This document shows positions 25,401-40,400 of a stretch of 60,000 bases of DNA, one piece after another. Below the pieces are notes generated by a model. The model had not been told where the DNA came from. It saw only the letters and a program-made list of their open reading frames with translations, and ran no database searches. A program made the position numbers and the translations under genes. The DNA comes from Lytechinus pictus. Lineage: Eukaryota. The stretch lies in NCBI RefSeq assembly GCF_037042905.1, contig NC_087246.1, forward strand, positions 6,202,001 to 6,262,000, written 5' to 3'. Numbering within the stretch: the first letter of the stretch is position 1; each line of letters opens with the position of its first letter.

Positions 25401-28400
25401 ACAAGCCATTTGGACAAGGCTATAATGACCTTTCTCAATTTGTATGAAAGTCTGATGATAACCATTGAAAAAAAAGCATTTTAAAATAAAAATCACAAAA
25501 TCAAGTAAGGAATGTCCCAATTTTCAAATATGAAGCATCCTATACATGCATTCTTTCCCGCAGATATCAGTATCTTCACACCTCATTATTAAGTCAATTC
25601 GTGACGCTTTTTAGTATGTAAACATAGGGAGGTGTTAAAACTTAGAATTTAAGGTAATTAAATTGGTAGAATTCTAAAGTAATTCCACATGAATTCAAGG
25701 CGAGTAGCTATGTGAAGGCGTTAGCAAATTTGTCCCTATAATACAAATGACTTCTTAACTGATTATAGTTCAAAGAATCTGTCTAAAGACATTTTATTGA
25801 TAATAATTAAAGACTGATCAATGCTGACGAAAGAAATTTCCCTGATTAAACGTCTGCATTATTCTCTGTTGGCTCAGCTGGTCGGTGCTGCCATAAGTGA
25901 ATTGGAAGATCATGGGATCAAATCCCTGCAGTCAGCAGACCCATCAAGGGGACATTGTAGGGGGGTAACACGCGTCTACGTTGTTTCCAATAGTAATTTT
26001 ATTTATTTAAATCAGATATGAACAATCAGCCATCTCAAGTCCTGAACTACTTAAATCTGGTCAGGTTTCTTACCCATAATGCAACATTCTCAGAAGTGTA
26101 GTCTTGTAATTCAGGTCCATTGGAATAAAAACACACTGAGTCACTACTCAATACATTTATACTGCAATATTTACGTTACTATATGTAGGTAAACAATTAA
26201 TTTTCCTCTCTATACAATTTAGCACCTCTGTACAAGTAAAATTGTAGGCTAATTCATTCTCCGTATTATTATCACAAGGCACATTTTAAGACCAGCTATG
26301 TATAACACATAGTGAATGAGAGACCATAAACAGTTCGCTCCCCCTTTAATGAGTAAAATAAAGTGCAATGTTAAATAAAAGAAAAATTGCTCAAAATGCC
26401 ACAGTTTCATGCTGGAAATCGAACATCGAACTCGCATGATATCACGAAGGCGCCTAAAACCATTCTACCAGGTACTTCTATCGTGGAATAATGTTCATTT
26501 TTTCATTGATTCACTGCGTATGTTTCAATTCTACAAAATAGTTACGTGGTCATGCTTTATTATATCATCAAAATATATTATTCTCTATATAGCTATTTTT
26601 ACATTGAAAAGATGAATAATCTGGTACATACCTCAATAAGATTGAGCCTGTTGGTATCGCAGATATCTCTGGCTCCGATTTCTGTGACCATATACCAACC
26701 ATTAAACGGACACGCAGTGAACTCTAAACCACCCAGGTCAAGCATCAGACTAGACACGGCTGGCAAAGCATACCATTTCAAACCAAGGTCTTTGAACCAT
26801 GGGAACCTAAATATAGTAATTAATAACAATTATGATGAATAAATAAAGGATGACAATATAACAGTAGTGTTATTAAAATAATTGATGAAAAAAGCAGTAA
26901 AAATTAACAAGAATACAGTAAAAAAAAAAATAGCACGTTGTTTAAACCTGTCACTCTAACAACAAGTTGTTTAAACTTTCTTGTAATGATTGTTAAATTT
27001 TTTAAAAACTTGTTTAAAAAGTTTAAAACAGTTGTTTAAAAGGTTTAAATATTAGTTGTTAGAGTGACGGGTTTAAAAAACGTGCTTAAAATTCTAAACA
27101 GCGTTTTTACATTGAAGGTAATACTTCTGGGACGATTAACTTTTGACCAATCAAACAGCAAGGTCCTTGTACCGCATCCTTTGCGATGATAATCACAAAG
27201 TTATATATTCTCAGAACAATTCATGATCGATATACTATGAAAATATCCATGACTATGCCTTAGCGTTTGAGGTTGATTGTGCGTAAAAATCCATCATTGT
27301 ACTTATCATCCCGAGCAAAGTTAATTAGATTTAATAAAACAAACCAAAATGTTAATGTGGTCCAATAAATATGCCAAAATAATATCATCGCTATAATTTA
27401 TATAAAAATGAAAGTGATCAACATTATAATCCCAACAAATCATAATTATGTTGGCGGGTTTCTTTTTTAAATGTTCGTAATGTTCATATTAAACGAAAAC
27501 AGAAATCGATTTGGTAGAATGGACAAAAAATGTATTTCTGAACAGAAAATAAAAAATCGCTTTAGTGGACCCACCTCATTTCCATATACACTATTTTATA
27601 ATGCTTTTCTTCAAAATGTCAATCCAATGATTTGTATGTGATTTATATTTCATTACTTTGTATTGTGTTTGAATAAAAATAATAAATGAAGAATTGAATT
27701 TGAGGCGAGCAGTGTTAGACTTGCCTGGCTTACATTGTTGTATCTTTATTGAAACAAAGAAGTCTTATTGAACAAGGAATTGAAAGGAAAAGTCACAATA
27801 ACTTTTAATCATACGGGTGTGACAACTCACCGTGACAAAAACATAATGACGTCCAAGAAAAACATGTAGATATATAAGATGTACCTTACTTGCTTCGGTG
27901 TGGATCACACAAGATTGACTTTTAAAAACAAAGACCCTTTTTCATAAACAAACTAATATCTTGTGCGGTAATATATCCCCGGTGACAGATAAATCACATA
28001 TAATTTGTTATCTTCGATTGATGGTTTGCAGTGACTACTAGAAAGTTTGTTGGATAATGAATATCGTATATTCACGATGAATACAAAACCGAGAGGTGAA
28101 ACGAAATGAACCCATAACAAATAATATAGAATTTGTTTAGGATTGGGTGATCTTCATGATCTTGAACTGTGAAATCAATCCAAACTTTGGACGCTTGTTA
28201 ATCACACAGCGGTCTTCTCAGCTCATGCCAACGTATCAACAACAAAAAAGAAGACCCGTGCCAATGACTTCGAGCAGGGGGGGGGGGGGGCACACACATA
28301 TTGTATACCATCTATCCCTCTCCTACTATTTGAAATCACATTTGTTCAAGATTCGATAACGAGTGATTGAGGTCTTTTCCTTGATAATATTAAATATGAT

Positions 28401-31400
28401 GTATACATATACTACATACGTGAAAATGGTAAAATCATTTAAAATGGTTATGAAAAGAACTAAGAAGTATAGGCTTTGTTCTCTATTTCTCACTCCATTT
28501 GGGTGTCATTCTCTGACTCTCTTTCCCCCTCTATCTGTCTTTCCATCTTTCTCCCCCCCCCCCTTCTCTCTCTCTCTCTCTCTCTCGTTCCCCTCCCCTT
28601 CTGTATCACCTGTCTCTAGCAGCCTAAGGGTACAGTCACATCAAGAAACCGATTCAAAACCGACCGATAGTATTCCTTGAAAACCTAATAGTTTGGATCA
28701 TTCTGTGTTCGATTTCGTATAAGTCAATCGACTTCTTTCTACTTACTTTGGATGTTCAAGGGGGACTTCAAGTATGAGACTGGGTGGGATGTCATACATC
28801 TCAGGGTCTTCGCCATTGGCTTGGAGAACAAGAGGAAGAGCATCAAAACGACCACCGCTTCCCTTCCATCCAAGCTTCTGACATACCTACAGGATAACAC
28901 ACATTACGGAGTATTATAGAGAAGAAGCCAATATTGATGTTAGAAGTTAGACTTTCGGTAAACTTTATTTCCAAATCAATTCAAAGTATTCGATAAAAAC
29001 ATGTAATCACAAGTAAATAGAAATGTACAATAATAGGTTAAAAAAGACAGCAGAAAACAAACGTACAATTTAACACAAAAAATGCAGCGTATTTGATTGA
29101 TTATGGAAAATGGTGTATGATAAAGCCAAGGTATGGCTTGTATAAAAGTTGAAGACCGAAATGAATGCATAAAGTAGGTAGTAAATTGGACAAAAGTGAT
29201 TATTACAATTTCATTATTGTAAGAAAACTTGAAAGGTTATAGTAATAACGACTATATAATCGAACAATCGTGACTATAAAAAAAGAGTATAAAAACCAAT
29301 CGAGTGGCAAACGTGTAGTTTGGTGGAAGGGTAGAGTGGTGATGGTGGTGGAATAAACATGATAAAGAATATAAGATAAGGAACTGGGAAGGGGGTGAAA
29401 GGAAGAATAGGGCGAAACAGTAATTCTCTACTAGTTTTCTTGACAGCAGAAGTGGCTGAGCTCGCAGGGCCGGGGTGCGGGGTACGGGTTGAAATGTGGG
29501 TGACTTCATGAAAGCTATGATGCTTACCTCAGTGAATTCCACACCAGCTGGATCCCCGATGATCGTACCGTCAGGTTGCTTGTAACCAGCGTAACCAAGT
29601 AGCTGTCTGTTCCAAACTCGAAAATCTTTATCCTTCTCCCCTCGCTGAGGGAAGATTGTGATTGCAGATCTGAAATGAGGCAAAGGAATGATAAAAAAAG
29701 AATATGAAAATAAACAAATATCCAAATGCTTTTGAAAAGGGTTGTCTATTTTATATACCATATTTCTCAATTTTGGATTATTCTTCAAGGGGTATACTCG
29801 CTAAATCAGTTAATGGTAGCAGACAAACGATTCATGAAATGAACTTCTCATTAAGTGTGATAAACGAAGATATAAACAATACTTGTGTATACTTAATTAA
29901 GTAAAATAGATCACTTAAGCAGCATTGTACAGTATACCTTACAAGAAATACTTAAATTACATCCCGAAAAGGCAATAAAATCAATTCAAAGAAACAGATA
30001 AAAACAGCTATTAATCTACTACTTTGATTTTCATTGAATTTCCTTAACCATGTTAACTAATCGCGGGTTGGAACCTTCTTGTTCTACATGAGGACCTCGT
30101 CCCCTCGTGATCAGCTCGTCAGCTTGACCCCCCTACACTAAATATTGAAGTAAAAATGCTCCATGTGGGTAATTATGTGTCCAACCAACATTGGGTATTT
30201 TTTATTTATCTAGTGTTATGAAAATTTTGCCCATTTTAAAGTGACTGCTGCTTATTTTTTTACCTTACTTGACAATATGGTTCTCGCATCGGGTAAACAT
30301 GGTAAAATACTGCCCCAAATTGTTTGGACACATAATTACCCTCGTGCTGGTTAAAATTTTACCAAATATTGTACAGTGTAACAAACTTTTGGACATTTTA
30401 ATCACCCCATATGAGGAACATCATTTCAATAAAATATTTCTTTACATGAAAAAAATAAATTGTTTTATTTTCGACCGGCACCAGCATTTTTGTTGGCCAG
30501 TTTTGCTCAAAACTCGACCGGGAGGCTTTCTCTTGTAGTAATTTGCACTTTCCTTTGGGTACAAAAAAAAGTTTCTTATTTATCGACTTTCCACTATAAT
30601 TTCCAAACCGAATTTATAGAAGTGAATATGGTGAATATACCAAATGAACAAAATAAAATCACATAGAATACATTTTTTGTCAAAAAACTTTTCAAGTAAT
30701 AAATCTACAATGACCGATGAGCGATCACGTCATGCTCTGATTATGTTCGTGATGACTTTTCTTTCCCTAAATGCATTTTCTTTCAATATTTCCTGGGATA
30801 GCTCTGGCGGCAGAATGCCATGGACAATTCGATTTAAAAAAATGTTTCATGAGAAAATCAAATGGCAAACTACTTTCAAATTGAAATCCTTGTAAATCTT
30901 TTCTCGAAGATCTTTATTAGACTAATATTATCCTCAATATTCATCATGCAAGTCAACTAACCACGCAAGATTGTATTCATCCTCTCAAAGTCAAAGGTAA
31001 GTTGATACAAGGGCACCAATTCACCAGGATTAATAAATGTTTGAGCTATGTAACAAGCAAATGTCTCCATTATAGTTCAACCTTAATTCCATTTCTCTTA
31101 ACGTTTAGATAAGACGATTATTCGATTACCTTTAAGCAATAAAACAGTACTGCTGCTAATTATATACAGTGAGATATTTGGCCCTTTTAACAGTAAATAA
31201 TGATTAGTTTCGATATCAGGCCAAAATAAACTAAGCTCATATGGAACAAATGATGCAAAATAATTGATAACCTGATTGCAACCAATCTAGCTATACATCA
31301 AACGAGTGAATAGTTAATATCAGTTAATGTAACCTCCATAATTAATCGACGTGAAAATAAATAAAAGTATTTGATACACACTTGATAAAATTAATGCAGA

Positions 31401-34400
31401 TATATGCAGGTTTTCGTTGAGAAAACATCTTGGGGAATCGACATAAATTAATTGAAAGGAGGAGAGGTGGATATGTAATCACTAAATCCCCCTTTTTCAT
31501 ATGTCCTGCTGCATATGTCTAAAACCGTGAGTTGAAGAGTCATTGTCATTCGTGAATGGAGTTCTATAGAACATATAGCTCCAAACCCAAGTTCTTAAAG
31601 GTTAAGTTCACCCCAGCAAAATGTTGATTTGAATAAATATAAAAAAATCAAACTAGCATAAAACTGAAAATTTCATTGAAATCGGATGTAAAATAAGAAA
31701 GTTATAGCATTTTAAAGTTTCGCTTATTTTTCACAAAACAGTGACAAATGAGTCAGTCGATGATGTCCATCACTCACTATTTATTTTGTTTTTTATTGTT
31801 TGAATTATACAATATTTCATTTTTTACAGATTTGACCATAGGGACCGACTTGACTGAATCATATAGTATTAAACAATGCTAATTCTACATGTTCAGAGAG
31901 GAATGAATCACTGTTTCACTTGACAATGGGGAGAAAATTAGAATATTTCATATAATAAAATACAAAAGAAATAGTGAGTGGATGATGTCATCAGTCTCCT
32001 CATTTGCATACCAACCAGGATATGCATAGAACTGTTTTGTGAAATAGCAAAGCTTTAAAATGCCATAACTTTCTTATTTTACATCCGATTTTGATGAAAT
32101 TTTCAGTGTTATGCTTGTTGGATTTTTCTGTTTTTATTCAAATCAATTTTTTGTTGGGGTGGAGTTGTCCTTTAAAGGAAAGTGATATTACCACACTGGG
32201 GACTACAGGTGTGTTTCTTAGCTTAGGTGATGATAAGTACAGACATTCGGGACAGCTTAAAGTAAATGAGGCGTGAAAATGGATGCGGGAGTGAGCAACT
32301 TCTGGGCTTGAAATGAAAGTCTGTCCTCCCCAAGCCAGACTAATATTAGGCCCTACATTTTTTTTACAGCAGCGCCAAATGGATCGATACTAGACCGCCT
32401 CCTGGTAAAAATATGCATCGGACAAGGTATATACTCCATACATACACGTATTGGGCAGCTATCGATCTTGTCAAGGTATTGGGCGACTGGTACAAGACTA
32501 AACAAAGGTCCAACCAAACTGATCTAATAATCTAGTCTAGCAAGAAGTCCAATACAGATTAAGCAACACAAGATTTATTGATTATTGATTTATCGAATAA
32601 CTTTGACAGGACGGGTCTATAATAATAGGCTGCGAATGCTCAATTAAGTGATCAATCCAATTTGCTTTGTTGTGAAGTCATATATAGTATATAGGAAACG
32701 TCTTTTCAATGTCGATCAATATAAAGAATCCAAACAAATTCATTTGTCAACATTTGGTGATCAGCCTATGGTGTGACCGGGTCGTATCATGGCATGGCTG
32801 ATTCCTTCAAGCATATGGATTTTCAGAGTTTAATGGAAATCTTCCGCATTTCATATGAACAAAACTTGAGACGATGACTTTATTGGGGATATTCCTTTTT
32901 TTAACAGGTGTATATAGTGCCGATGTTTTCGGGTCACAATGTTCGAACGAAACAAGCAGAGTTAGCTAAGAGGGTATTATTGTCACATTGAACTCTACGA
33001 GACTTTATTACAATATTTGTGCAGAACGAACGGCGGAAAATCAAACGAACAAAATACATGAATGAACGAATTATGAATGAAAATTCACTTTTAGATAAGT
33101 TATTAGACTCATTTAAATTATTTGAAATTAAAATATGACCAGTTAAAGCAAATATTAATTAATTCAGTTTCACCGTTTTCAATGCTTTTCGAAAGATTGA
33201 GTTTGAAACCTTATGTTTGTTTGTATAATGTTTTCTTTTTAATGTTTGCAATTTTTCATCTCTCGACATATTATTAATACATTCCGAGAAGGATGTGATA
33301 TGTCTTCTCCACATCACTGAGGATATAGGTCGAAATATTATGTTTTCATGTTCAACAATCATGACATTACAACGGTTACACGGTCACGTAGATGCAGCTT
33401 AACAATGTCATAAAAATACCACTTGGTCTCATCATACGATCACATTTTATACTTCTGAACAAAATATCGTGAATGCGAATGTTGTATACCTCTCAATCAT
33501 TTCACTCTTAAATGTGATAATTGTCCATTTTCGTTTATTTGACAAGAGCGCTGATTGATACGGAATATCTTCACTTTTCAAGATTTTTCTCTCTTTTCAA
33601 AGAAATGACGATGTGTAACGTATTGCCGATCTACTTTACAAGCACTAACCCTGATCCTCCGAATTAAGGGCTAAAAAAAATCAGCCCTTTTATTATTACG
33701 TAATTTGATTCGATTTGAATTCATTTTTCTACTCTTGTTTTCTTTTACAATTCAGAATAAAACATATATGATAAGCAAATAAAGTTGAAAAAAAAGGTGA
33801 ACATGTCTATATAGAAAATAACAAAGTATTCAATGACTAAGTACAATAAGTCAGACAAAGCAAAAGTGGTGGAACTTAAATAAAAAACAAGGCTTGTATT
33901 TCTCAGGTCTCTCAAAAGTACAAGTAGTATAATGACAATGCAATTTCTTTCATGAAATAAATAGCAGAATTAGCCAAACACTGTCAAGAGTGACTACATA
34001 ATTAGAAAAGTACAATATGACAAATAGAATATGATAGGTAACGGATAAGAAATACAAAAGACACACGCAGCGATTGAAATAATATTAAAAATTATATTAT
34101 TGTATAAATAACAATGGACATGGATAAGAATGAAAAAGCTGATGTAAAAGAGTAAATGAAAGAGAGAGGGGGAGGGAGAGAGACATTAGAGAGAAAAGGG
34201 GTATATGCAAGTCGATCAATTTTCTTTTAAGCTATAGCTATGTAATTTTTGGGGTACCTTTAAGCTGTCATCTAATGAATTCCAGAATTTAGAGCCAGTA
34301 AACGTAAAAAAATCTGATATGCAAAAACTGATCTTGTCAATGAAATTTGTAAAATATTTATTTGTTCCATGTTTGCAGTTCCGAAGAGAACATTTGGGTC

Positions 34401-37400
34401 TGGGTCAGATATATATTTATGTTTGAGTCGTCTGCAAACAAAATGAAAGGAAATAAACGAGAACAATGTTGATTATATAAATTAAGAAGATTAAAGGTCC
34501 CAGTAAACTTCCCTGCGGAACTCCACAATCAAGGCTTTTCTTAGGTTTTACTTTGTTACCATTAAGAGAAACGGTTTTTTTTATCCTATCACTCCAAGGC
34601 CTTACGTAAAATATGCTCATGACTACGATAGATTTCATCCGAGTACATGATCATCTCATCAATGCTAATGACCGCTATTTTAATATCGCTAATCTCCGAA
34701 GAGCGGAGGATCAAAACAGAGAAAGATACATTAAAGAAAACAAAAATTCAATTTCATTCTTTAAAAATGACGTTCGGTTATGTAAGGAGGAAATTCTGAT
34801 ATCGGAGAATCCAGGAAATAATCAAGATTTATGAGACAATTTGCATGTTTATTATGACAGATTCCCTCTAGTGAATTATTAGCAATACACATTTACTGCA
34901 CCCGTTCCTATAGGACCCCAATCGCTACCTTATTGATCCTACCACCATGATTAAACCTAGAACCTCTCCCTTTCTGTAAATTTAACAAATTCATGTACGC
35001 AATTACACAAATAATTAATTATTAGGAAATCACTCAACTAATCATTCAGATTGGCACATAAACTTAATTCTTGTTAAATCTCGCTTTGATCGATCAGTAT
35101 TCGGGTTGGTGATATAGGTTTTCATTAGATAGGTTTGTTCGATCCTGGTTGAGATCTATGCTTTCGTCTGCATGGTCTGGTTTGGTGCAGACCCTACTCC
35201 ATGTCCATGGCTCAACTAACCATGGGCCGTTTTATAACGTTGTTCGTAAGTTAAGAGTGATTTTACGAACTACTGGTGATCCTTTCTTGTGGTAAATGAT
35301 TATGATATTCACTATTAAATGTCCATTGGGGATTATTTAGCGCGTAAGAAAGGTTCACCGGTCGTTCTTAACTTGCAAACAGCTTTATGAAACACCCACT
35401 AGATCGAAAGCAGGTCCAGTATAGTCAGCAAACCGTACCTGATGCATCTATTCTGAACAATAGAAGGCTAGTTTTTATCGATCCCTTTGGCACGGCTTGG
35501 AAAAGGGGGATTTTACTTGTCTGACTTGGGTTAGGCAAGACCAAGATATTTTTTAAAGTAACATTACGATTCCTTGGTACCTTTTTTCTTTGACTTGTTT
35601 GTAAAATGTGTTATCTGCGCTATTTGTTTCGGAACAGAATGGCAATGGATTCTTTTTTTTTCTTTTTGTGTGGTCGTATATTTTACGATCAATTTTGTCG
35701 TAAATGCGAGTAGGATCCTTCCAACCTTTTCTCGGTATGTGACCTTCAACTTGACATTCATCCTCAGCTGCTTTTCTAAATTATCAAGATTTGGGATCAG
35801 TATAGACAGAGAGAGACCTGTGTCTGCTGGACATAATGATTGCCATGAATATATAAACAATGGGGCTCAGTGGTAATTTCAGGATTTTTTTCTTTCCGGT
35901 TGATTTTTTTAACAGCTTATTTTCAGTTTGGAATGTGTTTTAATTGAACATAATAGTAAAAAAAAAATATCGATTCTATAACTTAGTTTTAATAGAGTTA
36001 ACTCTTATCTCTAATATTTAATTTCTTTCTATTCTGCTTTTAAGTATATACCACCAAATCTCACTCGAAAAATAAATCTCTTTTTTTCTTCATTCGGATA
36101 GGGACTCCTGAACCTTTTCAAATGTATACGTAATACGCAAATATCTTCATATACTAGACTGTATACAGGTCAACTCAGACCAGTAAATCATGCAAGTCTA
36201 TCACATTTACCACCTGCAGGGTCACACTGAGCAGTGACCCCTGAAAATAATTTTGGTCAAGTTCGATTCTCAAGGCTTCGGGTATAGCTACTACAGTTCA
36301 TCAACAGGGAGCCCATAAACTCAACCTCTATTACCCTTTGCCTTTTCAGGTGAAAGAGATGATACTCCTATGACCGTGGACTTTAGTTTTATATTCCAAG
36401 GTAAAGGAAATTTAACCTTTGACCTTAGTCTGCATTCTGAGACCGCGGTAATCACCCCATACAGGTCGTAAGACGGGGGTCAATATGTTATTGCGCAACC
36501 CCCAAAGAGGCACCGAACTTGGAAAAAGGTCGGAGTTTCGATATTTTGAGATAGATATTGGTGCCGAGGAAAGAATTATCTGACATTATTGACAAATGCA
36601 TAAAGAGTCAGATAAAAGCCATGCATCCCTCCCCCCACAAATAAAGGTTTAAAAGATTTTAAGGTTTAAAAAATGTAAAGAAATGTCTAATTTTCCTCTA
36701 ACTTTACCCAAAATGCTTTTGGAATAGCACACCTTCGTTAGTGAAAACTGTTCTTTCTCAGACTCCCTCCAGATTTTACTCCCTTAAAATTAATTTCGTT
36801 TTTTGTTTGCCAACTTATTATTATATCAGAATTCCATGTTTTCAAATTAAGATGAAACATGAAGAAAAATCCCACAAATACTTTGACATCCCAGGAGTAA
36901 CCCGTTACGTTGGCTATAGGCGTAGGTGGAAAGGTATTAGGATTGACTTTAGGGAGAATATCGGGTAAATCTTCGACTAAATCCCAGGATGAAAGGTGAC
37001 TTTTCTTGCGTCAAGATGAGATGAAATATTACGATGACATCTCAATTCATATAAAGAGACAGTGGTTTCGTTCAATGCTTTTATCTTTTATTCTCTGAAG
37101 ATGTCATATTATGGTAGGTCGAAAAGAGAGGACTTAAATCGTTAAGTTCATTTAGGTGGAATCATTTCAGAGAAAGCCCAAACAAAGCAATGTAATATCA
37201 GAAGGCAGTGAAATATATATGCAAGTACGTATATATATTTTTTTTATCAGCGAACAAAAAAATCTGGATTAAGACAAAAGGGTTTCCGTTCAACCCCTGA
37301 ACACATATCCATATCATTGTATGATAAATCATAAAACAATGACAAAAATCCAAGTATTTTGTCACATCTTATTCAAGACGAAGAAATAAGAATTTGAATA

Positions 37401-40400
37401 TGCCTGGTATATATCACTAATAGTAATTGACAAAGGTTCTCTGAAAGTTTCATCCTTTATAATGAGCGGAGGGGGTGAAGGTGGAGGGGAGGTGAGAGGT
37501 GAAAGGTGAGGGGGAGGGGAAGGGGAGGGGAAAGGGGATGGGAAGAGGGAAGGGGAGGGAAGAGATAGTGTCGTTTGTTCTTACCTGAGATTGCCTTTGT
37601 TTGTGGCATAGCTCATGTGATTACAGATAGCCTGGAACATTTCCTGTGGCGTGCTAGCATTGCGGGCATCAAATACCTGTCAAGAAGAAAAGATGTAAAC
37701 CGATTAGAAATAACATATCAAAAACAAACAAAAACAGCAAGAAGAAATGTGATGATTGATGATCATTAAACATGGAATGATTGAAAACCCATTTACACCT
37801 TACTATATAGAATATCATTAGCACGCATAATAAGTTTTCTAAGTGTAAGCGACTCTTTATTGTACTCAAAGCTATAAACACACTTACAATCGTAATTGGT
37901 GCATGTAATTGCTTAATATCAGGAAGTAAAGAGGGGGGGATTAGGTTTTCGATTCAGAAAAAAAATCTAATCAACCCCTAATATGCTCTTTCTAGTAGCA
38001 TTTGGTAAAAAAATGTGAGTTCACTGTGCAAAAATTACTTTGAACAATCGAAACAACAAGAATAGCAATTAAACACAATTTTCAGAGGATTTCTGTTTCG
38101 AACAATAAAATATGGATTTTGAACAGCCAATGTACATGTGTATAAGCAATTTTCTACGCGACATTTCAACGTAGCATGTTCTCTTTCTCACAATAAATGT
38201 AAATATGTTTTACCGACTTTGATGGCGATTTTGAGTTGAAATTTGGCCCAAAATCACATAAAGCATTCGAATCAATAACTTGACAATAATGTGATGTTAG
38301 TAATAAACAGAATCAATGATTTGTAATCTCTATACCTGTAGTTTAGTCCACTGTATTCTTCCAATACATCTAGGAGCATTCCTCCAGGCGGTTTTAGCTC
38401 CTAGGATAAGCTCAGTCTCAGTTAGCTGGTACGTACCAGTCTTCTCAATGGAATCCAATACAGCCGCCAAACGCTTCTTATGAGCCGCTGTGTCTGCCCT
38501 GGTAATACCATAATAAAAAACAAATACAAACATTAATGAAATGTACCATGGTCAGGTAGGAAGCTGACTTTGTTAGGGAGAGGAATCGAATCCCATGCCT
38601 TTGGTAAGGTATACATGCATTGTACTGCTTTCCACCCAAGAGTAAGATGTTGTATTGTAATGGAGCATTTCTTGTAGGTCGATAAAGAAGAGCAGGATAT
38701 TGCTTATTAGAAGATTAAAACATGGCATTTTTTATTTAAAAAACACGATCCATTGGAACACCGAAATTCGTATAGGGATGTAAGCTTGTAAATTCCTATA
38801 GGGATGTAAGATTTGGTTAAACTACTATCATAGTGCTATGGAATCATCTTCCTGTTACTGCGAAGACAGCCTCCTCTGTCATGTCTGTTGAGCAATTAAA
38901 GAAAGCTATTAAATATCATATATTTTGCTAAAGAGGACAATGAATTGCATGGACTAAGCTGACCATTCTGAGGTGTTTGATTATTGTTTATTGACCCAAA
39001 CTAGTGTGCGCGCAGCGCTTTGTCACCGAAAGGAAAAGGCGCTATATCAATGACCTATAGATTGGGTAGTGTGAGCTGAATCTCAGATTATAATGAAATA
39101 AATTCGTAGCTATAGAGCATTCCAGGTTTCCAGTATTCAATTTCAATTCAATTCAATTCATTTATTTTCCATTAAAAACTCAATCAAAATAAATACATAC
39201 AAAATTCATAAATACAAATCGGAAGGACCCCAAGAAAAGCATAGCTTGCGAGGATGGGGCCCTGTACAATAATTTACAAAACAAAACAGATCTCACAGAT
39301 CTCTCATAAACTTTTTTTCGGTATCCTCTGGCCGGTCAAAGGGGTCAAACGCATAGTTGAGGAGGAACTCTTTCCTTACAGAAGGGTCAACGGAAAAGAA
39401 ACCATCGACACCTTGCACTTTAAGATAGTTTTATTCATGTATGGCCCGTATTCTGAGTTAGGGTCTAATTCAAACTCTGGTCTAAAGTTATGGTTTAGCC
39501 ATGGATTGCCAATTGTGACACAAATCTCCAACAGTAGATTTTCAATTTTCACCATGTTTTGTGTTTAATTCATTTATTATCTGGGAATATCAACTATAAC
39601 AGCTTTCTCTACCATCAACATCAAAACACAAGGAAAGAGAAGAGTGAAAATAAAAAATATACAATTTAAAAAATTAAAAACTTTGACTTCACATAATTTC
39701 AACACAGAGATAAAAACAAGTCCATGGATATATAAAATAATTTGGGCTTCAGAATACGGGCAATAGAAATTAATAGATTAATAAGCCCAATGTTGGCAGT
39801 CATGCATACAACCGAAACTGACTCCAATTTGAGCGAGGATAATAATTCCAAATAATATTATATTGATTTGGGGGTCTGTTTTGTTGATGGGATTGGACCA
39901 TGGCCGCACGCAGATTTTTTTTCCCGGGGAAGCGAAGCGATCGAGCTTATTATTTTGATGCTTTTCCATTTTCTAGAGTAAACTTGACGAATTCACCCTT
40001 TTGGTAATTTTTGTGAAAGTTTTCTGTAAAAAAATGTTATGTTTTCAAAAATTTATGTGGGGGGGGGGGAGGCAGCTGCCTCTGCTGCGTACGGTCATGG
40101 ATTCGACTGCGACAGAGGACTGATGCAAGGACAGACCTACCTCTTGATATGAGTAAAGTACTGATTGATGAAGTCAGTGGCATGTACAGTAAGCTCATCC
40201 TTGCTCCTTTGTTTTTCTCGAGGAGGAAACATGATTGAACCCATGCATTTCTTTTCCGAGCAATGAAGATCCTAGGGTAATCAAAAGTATAAAAGAATTA
40301 TGGATGAATGTCGAGCCGTCAAAGCGAAAAAAATCACATTGCAACCTATTCTATCGATTTCAAGGAAAATTAAGATAAGTAAAACATCAGGAAATAAAGA

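Noticed and set aside
25862..25945. tRNA-like sequence (tggctcagctgg...gggatcaaatccc)
   Set aside because: Degenerate A/B boxes without a cloverleaf; decayed SINE head
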